From contig NC_068995.1 in assembly GCF_001194135.2 (NCBI RefSeq), positions 36,947,063-36,986,866 of the forward strand: a DNA stretch of 39,804 nt. Direction: 5' to 3'. Below the pieces are notes generated by a model, which did not search any database, was not told where the DNA came from, and worked only from the letters and a program-made list of their open reading frames with translations. Position 1 is the first letter of the stretch, and each line of letters starts with the position of its first letter. This stretch comes from Octopus bimaculoides (lineage: Eukaryota). A program made the translations under genes and the position numbers. Positions 11,640-22,285 of the stretch are shown piece by piece.

Positions 11640-12071
11640 TCTTTTATCTTTTATGTTTTACTTGTTTCAGTCATTGGATTGCGACCATGCAGCCATGCTG
11701 GGGCACTGCCTTCAAGGATTTAGTCGAACAAAATAACCTCACTAGTAGTATTTTGTTTTTAGGTTTAGTATTCTATAGATGACTTTTGCCGAACTTCTAA
11801 GTTACGTGGACGTAACCAAATCCACACCGTTGTGAAGCAGTGGTGGGGTCAACACGAACATTAAGACAAACACACACATACATGCATAAACACACATATA
11901 CAACATATACGATGAGCTTTCACACAGTTACTGTTTACCAAATTTACTCACAAGGTATTGGTCATTTCGGAGCTATAGTACAAGAGACATGATCGTGGTG
12001 TCTCGCAGTGGACTGAACCCGACACCCCGTGGTTGCAAAATAGGTTTCTTAACCACGTAGCCATACCTGCA
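11640..12071 (-). mobile_element. Major SINE, full length
   Basis: Tail cttttacttgtttcagtcatt... through head ...aaccacgtagccatacctgcac. Confidence 0.8.
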
Positions 12072-12473
12072 CTATTAAGTTTTTTTTCTACGATTTTTCA
12101 CTTTACTAATTTACCATCCCAATCTGTCCCCCACCTCAACGCATATGATAATAAAAAATAGTCTTGTGTACCTAACATAATTTCTTGCATTGCTCAACAT
12201 TAGCAAACTTAAAAAACAACGTTAAAGAAAATAATTCTAGCAAAAACAGTGAGAATAAAAATAATTTTAAAATTTAAAAGCAATTTTCTCAATGGAATCC
12301 CAAATTTCTTTTGGAATTTTGAAAATTTCCTATTGAGATCGAGGTGGAGATATTTTCAAAGATTAAGAATTTCAGCTTTAAATTATATTAGTATCGAAGT
12401 ATTTTGCCGAAATACCATATCAAAATGAAGGTATGTTGTTGATTGGATAAAGTGTAACATTATTACTGATAAT

Positions 12474-12536
12474 AATAATAATAATATCCCTAGCAGTTAT
12501 TCTATAAGAATAACTGCTAGGGATGTTATTATTATT
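12474..12536. repeat. 30-bp-arm inverted repeat with 3-nt loop
   Basis: aataataataatatccctagcagttattct-ata-agaataactgctagggatgttattattatt; one mismatch (12485/12525). Confidence 0.9.
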
Positions 12537-12984
12537 TGTTTCATAAGAAAATAATCGAATTAAAAAGGAACTGAACGAAAGCATATTTAATGAATGCCAA
12601 ATCAGATTATACATTCAGTAAAAGAGTAATCAATGTTTTTTTCTAATTAGACATCAATGAGAGACCACTTCGCACATGCTTCGTCATATTAAAACTATCC
12701 AGTGAAAGAATATAATTTAGCAAAATGCATTTTTGGTGGTAGAGAGTTCGGGAACTCATGAAAAGCTATTCTAAGAAAGCACCTACATAACAACTTACAA
12801 TTGAATTGGTGAAAGTATGTTTAATGCTTTGAGGAATAAAATAAAAGCCTAAGGGCAGATATAGGGTAGGAAAAAGTACTGGTTGTTGACGAAATATTAA
12901 ATTTAACTTGGCAAAAGCAGGAGCTGAAGTTTTGGTAGTATCTGTCTATACATGAGGACGGGATTGCATTATATTTTATTGTCA

Positions 12985-13403
12985 AAGATACATAAATATC
13001 TTTTCTACTATAAGCACAAGGTCTGAAGATACATAAATATCCTTTCTACTATAAGCAAAGGTCTGAAGATACATAAATATCGATTTCAAATTTTGGTATA
13101 AGGCCAACAATTTCGAGGGAGGGGTTAAGACGATTACATCGACCCCAGTGTTTGACTAGTACTTATTTTTATCGATTCCGAAAGGGACGAAAGGCAAAGT
13201 CGGCCTCGGCGGAATTTGAAATTAGAACATAAAGACGGACGAAACGCTGCTTAGAATATTTCCCGGCGTGCTGACGATTCTGCCAGGTAGACGCCTTAAA
13301 AGGAGAATTTGACCTCGCCGGAATGTGAACTCATGCCGCTAAGCATTTTGCTCGGCGTGCTAACAATTCTGCTAACTCGCAACTTTGAAGATACATAAAT
13401 ATC
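12985..13403 (-). mobile_element. SINE plus extra head fragment and two short SINE-tail fragments, interleaved with four copies of a 16-18 bp target sequence
   Basis: aagatacataaatatc at 12985-13000 and tgaagatacataaatatc at 13024, 13064 and 13386; SINE body about 13082-13297. Confidence 0.75.
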
Positions 13404-14581
13404 AATGACCTGATTGTAAATGTCAAATATCAATGTGGTCATTTTGACTGTAAATAACCGTTAGAGATCCAATTCTTTAATGCAAGTAGGGGTCCATTTA
13501 ACAATAAACGTTATTCCTTAGTAACCTGAATCAGTCAAAATTTCAAACCTTCGACGGTACACTGCTATAGGAACAGAATCAATAACAGCAACAACAATAA
13601 ATAAGTTAACAAAAAGAAATAAGCCGTAACAACTGAAAAAAAATTATTATATTAAAGCAAAAATAAAATTAGATAGTTAAAACTTGACAATCAATTTGAT
13701 TTTAACATGAAAATTATACATTAGTTTAGTTCTAATTGTTTCTTCTTTGTCTTGTATAATTTCACCTGTAATTTTCTCTTTTACTTTCTGAGATCGTTAA
13801 ATTAATTACTCCGCTGATTTAATCAATTGCTTCCGCCCATCAATACTTTTAGTTTTGTACCAATATTAGAAATCATTATTACAGCTAATTTATCCCCGAT
13901 TTTGTATTTATGATTAAGGTTGTTTGGTCGAATTAGCGATTTGCCAGCATTGTTTTGGATTTTAACTAAATATGTCTTTCACCCTCCTAAAGTCAATGAA
14001 AATTAGCAACAATTAAATATATTCGACTCTACCATTGAAGACAATGTATATATACGGCATAAACTAACGGATAAGAGTAGCAATAAATAAATACGCATAA
14101 AAGAATATTATACCACCTCAGACAATATATAAATATAATAAAACTAAAATGATATAAATAAAACATAAAAAAATGAAATTCGTTGTTAGTGACGGAAGCA
14201 GTATTAGTTCAAATGAACGATCTGTATATCATACTTGAAGTATACATACTGTTGAAAACCTTCTAAACTGCAGTATTAGTCTCGAGAAAACATCTCTCAT
14301 ACTTGCTACTGATGAAGCTAAAAAGAAATCAGAAATCCGGACTTAACTATACTACCGCCGCTTCTGGGCAATTTTCGCCTGCGAATGATATATTTTAGTG
14401 TTTTTTATCCTATACATCTATAAAGGATGATTTCGAGACGAATATTGCAGATTAGAAGACATTCAACAGTATACATGATTTAATTATGATATACAGATAG
14501 CTAATAAAAAAATTAATCTTTTAAGAATGAAAACAAAAAAAATAAAAATAAAAATGAAACTCCGAATTAAATGGTATGAAA

Positions 14582-14804
14582 TACACAAATGGATACTGAA
14601 AAGTTCCTGGCTTTGGGTAAAAAAAAATACAGAAGGATCAGTAAATTATGATTTTGTTCAGCATATCCCCCTCGCAGATTCAAACACTTATTGCAGTGAT
14701 CCTTCAGTTTTTCTAAGCCCTGTAAAAGAACTCGGAAGGTTTGGCTTCCAACCAGGCCTTTCGCGACACCCTTAAAGACAGGAACTTTTCAGCAACTCCT
14801 CGTA
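14582..14804. mobile_element. Mariner-type MITE
   Basis: TIRs ...ctgaaaagttcctggcttt / aaagacaggaacttttcagca..., TA ends; same family as 20033-20480. Confidence 0.75.
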
Positions 14805-14817
14805 TGTCTGTTATTAC

Positions 14818-15061
14818 CTGTGATGAAATCAACTCCAAACTTGCCGGCGGATCCTTGGATCAATACGTACAAAACCCGATTGTTCCTTCTAGTAGCATCA
14901 CTATCTTGTGCTTCGACTTTACCAAATTTAGTACCAATTGAAGTAAGAGGTCCAACTTGGTAGGAATAAGTCTTTGGAAATACCGGTGGGTTATCGTTGA
15001 TGTCTTCGACGTTAACAACCAGTTTTGACTTATTTCGGTGTATTCCATCATATACTACAAT
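14818..15061 (-). CDS. Long cadherin, exon type D, cassette 1 (244 nt, phase 0-1); no corresponding ORF in the supplied track
   Basis: ttcatcttag|ATT acceptor, ACAG|gtaata donor; IVVYDGIHRNKSKLVVNVEDINDNPPVFPKTYSYQV...AQDSDATRRNNRVLYVL...GKFGVDFIT. Confidence 0.92.
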
Positions 15062-15089
15062 CTAAGATGAATTATGAAGAATAAGAAAG

Positions 15090-15120
<31 letters not shown>

Positions 15121-15135
15121 CAAAAAAAAAATCTA

Positions 15136-15202
<67 letters not shown>

Positions 15203-15270
15203 GTGTGTGCATGTATATGTGTGTGTTTTGTGTGTGTGTATGAGAAGCTAACTTCTACACCATATGGTCT

Positions 15271-15547
15271 CGTGATACACACGGACTCGGGTTTCTGGGT
15301 AGTAACCCGTCATCATCGCGTGACAATCACTGGTTAGGGATGAGAAGTGATATTTCCAATGCAAATATATATGCTTCTTCCAGTGGCAAAAAGTCGCTGA
15401 TCTCGAAAAAGGAGAAACAAGCAATAAGAAATCTCTGAGCGAGATATAAACAGTAGCAGCACGAAATATCACTTCTCATCCTTAGCCGGTGATTGTCACG
15501 CGCTGATGACAGGTTACTACCCAGAAACCGGATCCGTGTGTATCATG
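15271..15547. mobile_element. Foldback/MITE with about 85-bp inverted arms
   Basis: 15271-15355 pairs with 15464-15547 with few mismatches. Confidence 0.75.
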
Positions 15548-15754
15548 TCAGGTTAGATATGGGAATGGTGATTTCCTTTTGCAAATACTGATAGGGCACA
15601 GACGGTGTGTCATTAGCTAGCTGGAGGAGACGTCTTCCTGGGGCTATAAACTACAGTAGCATCGTCCCATATGGGTCAGCCACATTTAGGTGGCAAATAT
15701 ACTTCACGATGTCGTGCTGCTTCTGTTTATATCTCGCTCAGAGATTTATTATTG

Positions 15755-15806
<52 letters not shown>

Positions 15807-16768
15807 CAAAATAGAGTGAAAAAGCTACAGAAGACTTGTGTTATATGGTTAAAGAATATATTTAAATCGTTATGTTAGAAAAATGTTATAAAATTTTGCG
15901 TATAGTAACATTGTTTTTGGAGAAATAACCAGTTTCGTATTTTCTTTTCAAATTTCTCAAATTTCTTTACCGATATTGCGTTATCTCTTCGCTATGATGT
16001 GAAGTATGAGAGTTCCAGATAGGTGATGGTAATCAGGGATTTTTTCGGTATAAGGGAGGTAATCATAAATGTTGGGATGACTAGGTTTTATTAATTTAAC
16101 AGGATTTGGTTTAGAAAGGATAGAATGTTAGAAATGGTTAGGTTCTGCTTTATATTTTTTTCAATGAGGTAAGTTCCCTTGTTTAAAAATGCTAGAAATG
16201 GTTAAGTTTTGACTTATATTTTTCAATGAAGTAGGTTTCCTTATTTAATCTAACTTGTGTTGGTGTTCCAATGGCACATTGATAAAATGGAAAGATTACA
16301 AATTGTGGTAGCAGTTGCTTTGCTTATTTCTCAAGGTGTTCACCAAAGAGTATCATTCTGTATTCTGGGAATGCAATCTGCTGTCGGTGTAGAGGGCATC
16401 TGCGTCTAAGCGATAATCCTGTGCATTCCCATTTCTAATCAGGATCCAAGGCTCCTTAATTGGAATTTCAACAGTAACAGGGTATTTTTGTATGTATGTA
16501 TGTATGTATGTATGGATGGATGGATGGATTATGTATGTATATATGTATGTATGCATGCATACATACATACACACAGACACACACATACACACGTACAGAG
16601 GCATGCATAGTATTAATAACAGGCTATAAGATTATGATTTATATGTTTGTCATTAACTGTATGAGTGTTGTGTTCATGATCAACATGTCATGTCTAAATC
16701 TATTTAATCGCACCATAAATTCCATAAGTAAAGATAATTCTGCAAGGAGCGGGAACACTGTTTAATTC

Positions 16769-16950
16769 TTTCTAATATAAGGACAAGGCCTGAAAGGTTT
16801 TGAGGAGGGGGCTAGCCGATTACATCGATCCCAGTGCTCGAATCCGAAAAGATTAAATGTAAAGTCGATCTCAGCGGCATTTGAATCAGATCGTAAGGTC
16901 GGAACTAATGCCATTAAGTATTTTGTCCGGTATGCTAGCAATTCTGTCAG
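16769..16950 (-). mobile_element. SINE (gtcgacctcggcgg family), internally deleted
   Basis: gattacatcgatcccagtg...aaagtcgatctcagcggcatttgaatcaga. Confidence 0.65.
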
Positions 16951-17647
16951 CTCTCCGTCTTTGGGAGCACTGTTTAATTAACAAATGTTTTGTTAGTTTG
17001 CAAGGCTCTCTCTATAATTTTGAATTATGGACAAAAATTCTTCACCTCAAAGTCGAATCAGTATGAAGATGAGGTGATGTAAATTCTAACGCAAAATCAG
17101 CAACAGATTACATGAAAATACAAGAATAGAAGAAATAAAATAATGATTTCNNNNNNNNNNNNNNNNNNNNNNNNNNNNNNNNNNNNNNNNNNNNNNNNNN
17201 NNNNNNNNNNNNNNNNNNNNNNNNNNNNNNNNNNNNNNNNNNNNNNNNNNNNNNNNNNNNNNNNNNNNNNNNNNNNNNNNNNNNNNNNNNNNNNNNNNNN
17301 NNNNNNNNNNNNNNNNNNNNNNNNNNNNNNNNNNNNNNNNNNNNNNNNNNNNNNNNNNNNNNNNNNNNNNNNNNNNNNNNNNNNNNNNNNNNNNNNNNNN
17401 NNNNNNNNNNNNNNNNNNNNNNNNNNNNNNNNNNNNNNNNNNNNNNNNNNNNNNNNNNNNNNNNNNNNNNNNNNNNNNNNNNNNNNNNNNNNNNNNNNNN
17501 NNNNNNNNNNNNNNNNNNNNNNNNNNNNNNNNNNNNNNNNNNNNNNNNNNNNNNNNNNNNNNNNNNNNNNNNNNNNNNNNNNNNNNNNNNNNNNNNNNNN
17601 NNNNNNNNNNNNNNNNNNNNNNNNNNNNNNNNNNNNNNNNNNNNNNN

Positions 17648-17700
<53 letters not shown>

Positions 17701-17806
17701 CATCATCATCATCACCACCAACAGTATAAGTAGCGGCAGAAACAATAATAACAACATCAATACAAATAGAAGCATCACTAGCAACAAGAACAATATTATA
17801 ATTTAC

Positions 17807-17980
17807 CTCTAATATGTATTTGTCTTCAGTCTCGGCATCAAACTGTGAAGTCTTTTTAACTTTGATGATGCCTGTCTTTGGATGAATCTTAAACAACGAA
17901 GCATTGGATCTCTTCAGAAAATAACGAACTTTTCTGTTTATAGGGTTCTTGTCTTTATCTTCAACTGAAAGGCTGGGACT
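17807..17980 (-). CDS. Long cadherin, exon type C, cassette 1 (174 nt, phase 0-0)
   Basis: tttgatatcag|AGT acceptor, GAG|gtaaat donor; SPSLSVEDKDKNPINRKVRYFL...FKIHPKTGIIKV...FDAETEDKYILE (DxD, FxIxxxTGxI, DxE). Confidence 0.9.
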
Positions 17981-18027
17981 CTGATATCAAAAGAAAAATC
18001 TCACAACAACAAGAACAACAATAATAA

Positions 18028-18440
18028 TGGTTTCAAATTTTGGCATAAGGTTAGCAACTTCGAGTGAGTGGTACTAGTCGATCACATCGATCCCAGTGCT
18101 CAACTGCTACTTATTTTATCGATTCTGAAAGGATGAAAGCAAAATCGACCTCGGCGGAATTCGGACTCAGAACATAAAGACGGGAAAAATGCTGCTAAGC
18201 ATTTTGCTCGGCGTGCTAACGATTCCTATTTCTTTATTGCCCACAAGGGGCTAAACATAGAGGGGACAAACAAGGACAGACAAAGGGATTAAGTCGATTA
18301 CTTTGACCCCATTGCGTAACTGGTACTTAATTTATCGACCCCGAAAGGATGAAAGGCAAAGTCAACCACGGCGGAATTTAAACTCAGAACATAATGTCGG
18401 GCTAAATGTCGCTATGTATTAGGCAAAAAGCCAAAATTTT
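18028..18440 (-). mobile_element. Two tandem SINEs with the same head family and different tails
   Basis: 18028-18225 has the ...gccaaaatttgaaacc tail; 18226-18440 has the ...ccttgtgggcaataaagaa tail. Confidence 0.8.
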
Positions 18441-18601
18441 AGCAGAAGGGCTTTCCTGCAAAGCTTTACGTGTAGAGCCCACTTTCTCCAAGGCCACTTT
18501 TGCAGCGAACGTCCCAGGTCTAAGACAGTCACATCTGATGACTGTAGGTTTATCAGACATATGCACATTTTACAGTTATGCACTTAGTTTATTCATATGA
18601 T

Positions 18602-18936
18602 GAAGGCGCATGGCTCAGTGGTTAGAGCGTCGGGCTCACAATCATGAGGTAGCGAGTTCGATTCCCAGACTGGGTTATGTGTTGTGTTCTTGAAGAAGAA
18701 GCTTTCTTTCCTGTTTCTCCATTTCATTCAGCTGTAGAAATGAATTGCAACGTCACTGGTGCCAAGCAGTATCGGCGTTTGCTTTTCCCTTGGATAATAT
18801 CGGTGGCGTGGAGAAGGGAAGCTGATATGCATGGACGACTGCTAGTCTTTCATAAACAACCTTGCTCAGACTTGTGCTTCGGAGGGGGAAATTTCTAGGT
18901 GCAATTCCATGGTCAGTCATGACCGAAGGGGGTCTA
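18602..18936 (+). mobile_element. tRNA-derived SINE, distinct family
   Basis: A box TGGCTCAGTGG, B box AGTTCGATTCC, followed by a non-tRNA body. Confidence 0.65.
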
Positions 18937-18968
18937 TCCCCTTTATTCATATGATCGATACACACGCA

Positions 18969-19019
<51 letters not shown>

Positions 19020-19066
19020 TGCCTGACANNNNNNNNNNCGCACACAGACATACTGCCTGACACACT

Positions 19067-19112
<46 letters not shown>

Positions 19113-19135
19113 TACACACGCAGTGAAGTACATAC

Positions 19136-19383
19136 CAAAGATAAGATTACGGGGCCAATATTCGTCTGGTTTTCAACAACTGACGCCTTATACACCTTAG
19201 AGGACAGTATTGGTGGATTGTCATTGACATCTTCAACAACCACTGTAACTGTTGCTGTTGCTGTTGTTGGAGCTGGATCATTGTCAAAAACCTCTACTCC
19301 AAACTGGTACGTTGACATTGACTCCGTGTCCAATTCTGCTGTCGTTACGATGATACCACTCTTATTATTTATTTGGAAAGGCA
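19136..19383 (-). CDS. Long cadherin, exon type B, cassette 1 (248 nt, phase 1-0)
   Basis: ctttcag|TG acceptor, TTG|gtatgt donor; PFQINNKSGIIVTTAELDTE...VEDVNDNPPIL...VVENQTNIGPVILSL with canonical LDxE and DxNDN; in frame with exon 22286-22567. Confidence 0.93.
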
Positions 19384-19534
19384 CTGAAAGAAAATTTAAG
19401 AACTGAAAGAAATCATCATCGGAGAATTTAGATGAAAAAAAACTTGTCTTACACCAGGCAAAATAATCAAGTTTAGAATATATGACTTGGTTTAAAGGTG
19501 AACCTACTCACTACACAGACGACGTCTTAGCTTA

Positions 19535-19914
19535 GTGGCACTCCGTCGCTTACGACGTCGAAGGTTCCAGTTGATCCGATCAACAGAACAACCTGCTCGT
19601 GAAATTAACGTGCAAGTGGCTGAGCACTCCACAGACACGCGTACCCTTAACGTAGTTCTCGGGGATATTCAGCGTGACACAGTGTGACAAGGCTGACCCT
19701 TTGAATTACAGGCACAACAGAAACAGGAAGTAAGAGTGAGAGAAAGTTGTGGTGAACGAGTACAGCAGGGTTCGCCACCATCCCCTGCCGGAGCCTCGTG
19801 GAGCTTTAGGGTGTTTTCGCTCAATAAACACTCACAACGCCCGGTCTGGGAATCGAAACCGCGATCCTATGACCACGAGTCCGCTGCCCTAACCACTGGG
19901 CCATTACGCCTCCA
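19535..19914 (-). mobile_element. tRNA-derived SINE with Nin-like conserved body
   Basis: Head shared with 5810-5992; body ...gtggagtgctcagccacttgcacgttaatttcacgagcagg...atcaactggaacc...gacggagtgcc; the domain name is from memory. Confidence 0.7.
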
Positions 19915-20032
19915 CGATGTCTTAGCAATCAATAGATTACACACAGTATGACGCCGTGAAACAATAGGCTTCACACTGCAGAGCTGACTGTCGCAATAAC
20001 AACAATTATATGGCGAGTCAACGTATATGGTA

Positions 20033-20480
20033 TATAGGGGGTGCTGAAAAGTTCTTCGCTTTGGGTAAAAGAAAATACAAGAGGATCAGTGAATTATGAT
20101 TTTATTCAACATGTTCCTCTCTTAGATTCACACACTTACAGCAGCGGTCATTCAGTTTTTGTAAGCCTTGTGAAAGAACTAGGAAGGTCGGGCGTCCAAC
20201 CAGACCTTTTGCGATACCCTTAAAGCCGAGAACTTTTCAGCACTTTCTCATGTATATATAGACGAGGAGGTGCTAAAATCTTCCTGGTTTTGGATAAAAG
20301 AAAATACAGGAGTACCAGTTAATTATGATTTTATCCAATATATTCCCATGTCAAATTCACACACTTATTGCAACGGCCCTTCAGTTTTTCAAGCCCTGTA
20401 AAAGAACTCGGAAGGTTGGGCCTCCAACCAGGCCTTTCGTGATTCCCTTAAAGCCAGGAACTTTTCAGCACCCCTTCGTA
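20033..20480. mobile_element. Two adjacent mariner-type MITEs
   Basis: 20033-20253 and 20260-20480, each with gggtgctgaaaagttc...gaacttttcagcac termini, separated by (TA)n. Confidence 0.8.
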
Positions 20481-21103
20481 TATTTTGAGTTTGTCTGATG
20501 AGAAATAGCGGTTCCCATGACCATCTTTCCACAATCTTAGGGAAGAAGAAACCATCACATCTTTTGGATTATTTTCAGGTCAGAGACTTGGTGGAAATGC
20601 TTGCCACAGAGTGCGCTCCGTTCACGGTACCCAAGCGGTTAGTCAAACTGGACAACGGATTAAGCCTTCCAATCCAGTAACAAGTCCAATCCACCCGATG
20701 AACTTTCGTATATTCTCCATCTACTTATTTTCAGTCAAAGTTAGGGTCGATTGGCAGCTATCGAATAAGACCATTGTCCAAGATCCCCTGCAACTGCGCC
20801 AATCATTATTGACCGATTTCTCTCTGTCTTTCTTTTTCTCTTTGCAATACAGTGTCCACTTACACTTGAGTTCGGGTCAGTTGAGTGTTTATATGATGGC
20901 AAAGTCAAACACGGCGATGTTTGAACTCAAAACGTAAAGAGTCAGAAGAAATGCTTCTAAATATTTTGTCAGGCGCGGTAACGATGTTGTCTGATCGTCA
21001 GCGATATAGTCTATTATAATGATAACTGCTAGATCTGTTCACATATATATTCATGAATGCACCCATGACCACACTACACCGCACCAGACCAGACCAGACC
21101 ATA

Positions 21104-21155
<52 letters not shown>

Positions 21156-21437
21156 NNNNNNNNNNNNNNNNNNNNNNNNNNNNNNNNNNNNNNNNNNNNN
21201 NNNNNNNNNNNNNNNNNNNNNNNNNNNNNNNNNNNNNNNNNNNNNNNNNNNNNNNNNNNNNNNNNNNNNNNNNNNNNNNNNNNNNNNNNNNNNNNNNNNN
21301 NNNNNNNNNNNNNNNNNNNNNNNNNNNNNNNNNNNNNNNNNNNNNNNNNNNNNNNNNNNNNNNNNNNNNNNNNNNNNNNNNNNNNNNNNNNNNNNNNNNN
21401 NNNNNNNNNNNNNNNNNNNNNNNNNNNNNNNNNNNNT

Positions 21438-21505
<68 letters not shown>

Positions 21506-21509
21506 TCCT

Positions 21510-21553
<44 letters not shown>

Positions 21554-22285
21554 TCGTTTATTCTTCCATATATATGAACAGGATATCATTTAATCTGTAT
21601 AACAACGGACCACGGTCTGGTATTCATAATGATTTTTTTACTTTTATTCTTATCTATAGTCTAAAATGCTTTATCTTCTCTTTTTCCTAGCCACCAGACT
21701 GTGTTTATGCAATAAAACCAGCAATACTGTTATAGAAGTAAATTCATTCAATTACAGAATAACATTCTTTTTACAACAATTGGTTATTTGCCATTTGTAA
21801 ATTGCAGTGTAGGAGCCAGAGTTAGATAAACATAACAGATTGGAGAATTATTACTCTTGCTGTGGCCATATATTCTTATAATCTGAGCTATATTATCTAT
21901 TATCTTAAGATTTAAAGTTTGAAACAGCCGACCGCTATTCTAAGATAAAGAATTTACTGATCCGAATTTATGAGATGGGTTAATGACGACGCAGAAGCAT
22001 TTTTGTTAGTTCAATCTTAACACTTTAAAGATGGTAAGAGTGTTTTTTGCGAAACATTTTTGGCTGCTCTGTTGAGTAAATCGAGTGACTGTGTCGAAGA
22101 AGTTACTTTGTTGTTTAAACTTCATGTTGGTTCTTAGTAAGAATTTACAATTACGTTTTTGAACCCTCTGATATAAGAATGGATTCTATTTATGTCCTGA
22201 TAAATGAAGAAGCATTTATCTCAAGTTTATGTCAATGGTATATATTCAACAGTGTTATGAATCTTAATGGAAAAATTACACTCAC

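Noticed and set aside
12985-13403. Short direct repeats with spacers, superficially CRISPR-like
   Set aside because: Eukaryotic intron, the spacers are near-identical SINE tails, no cas genes.
16020-16480. Possible decayed Penelope RT region with a 64-bp tandem duplication at about 16125-16250
   Set aside because: Similarity too weak to support by eye.
20498-20937. Two overlapping plus-strand ORFs of more balanced composition
   Set aside because: No recognisable domain on either strand, and the cadherin frame is complete without them.
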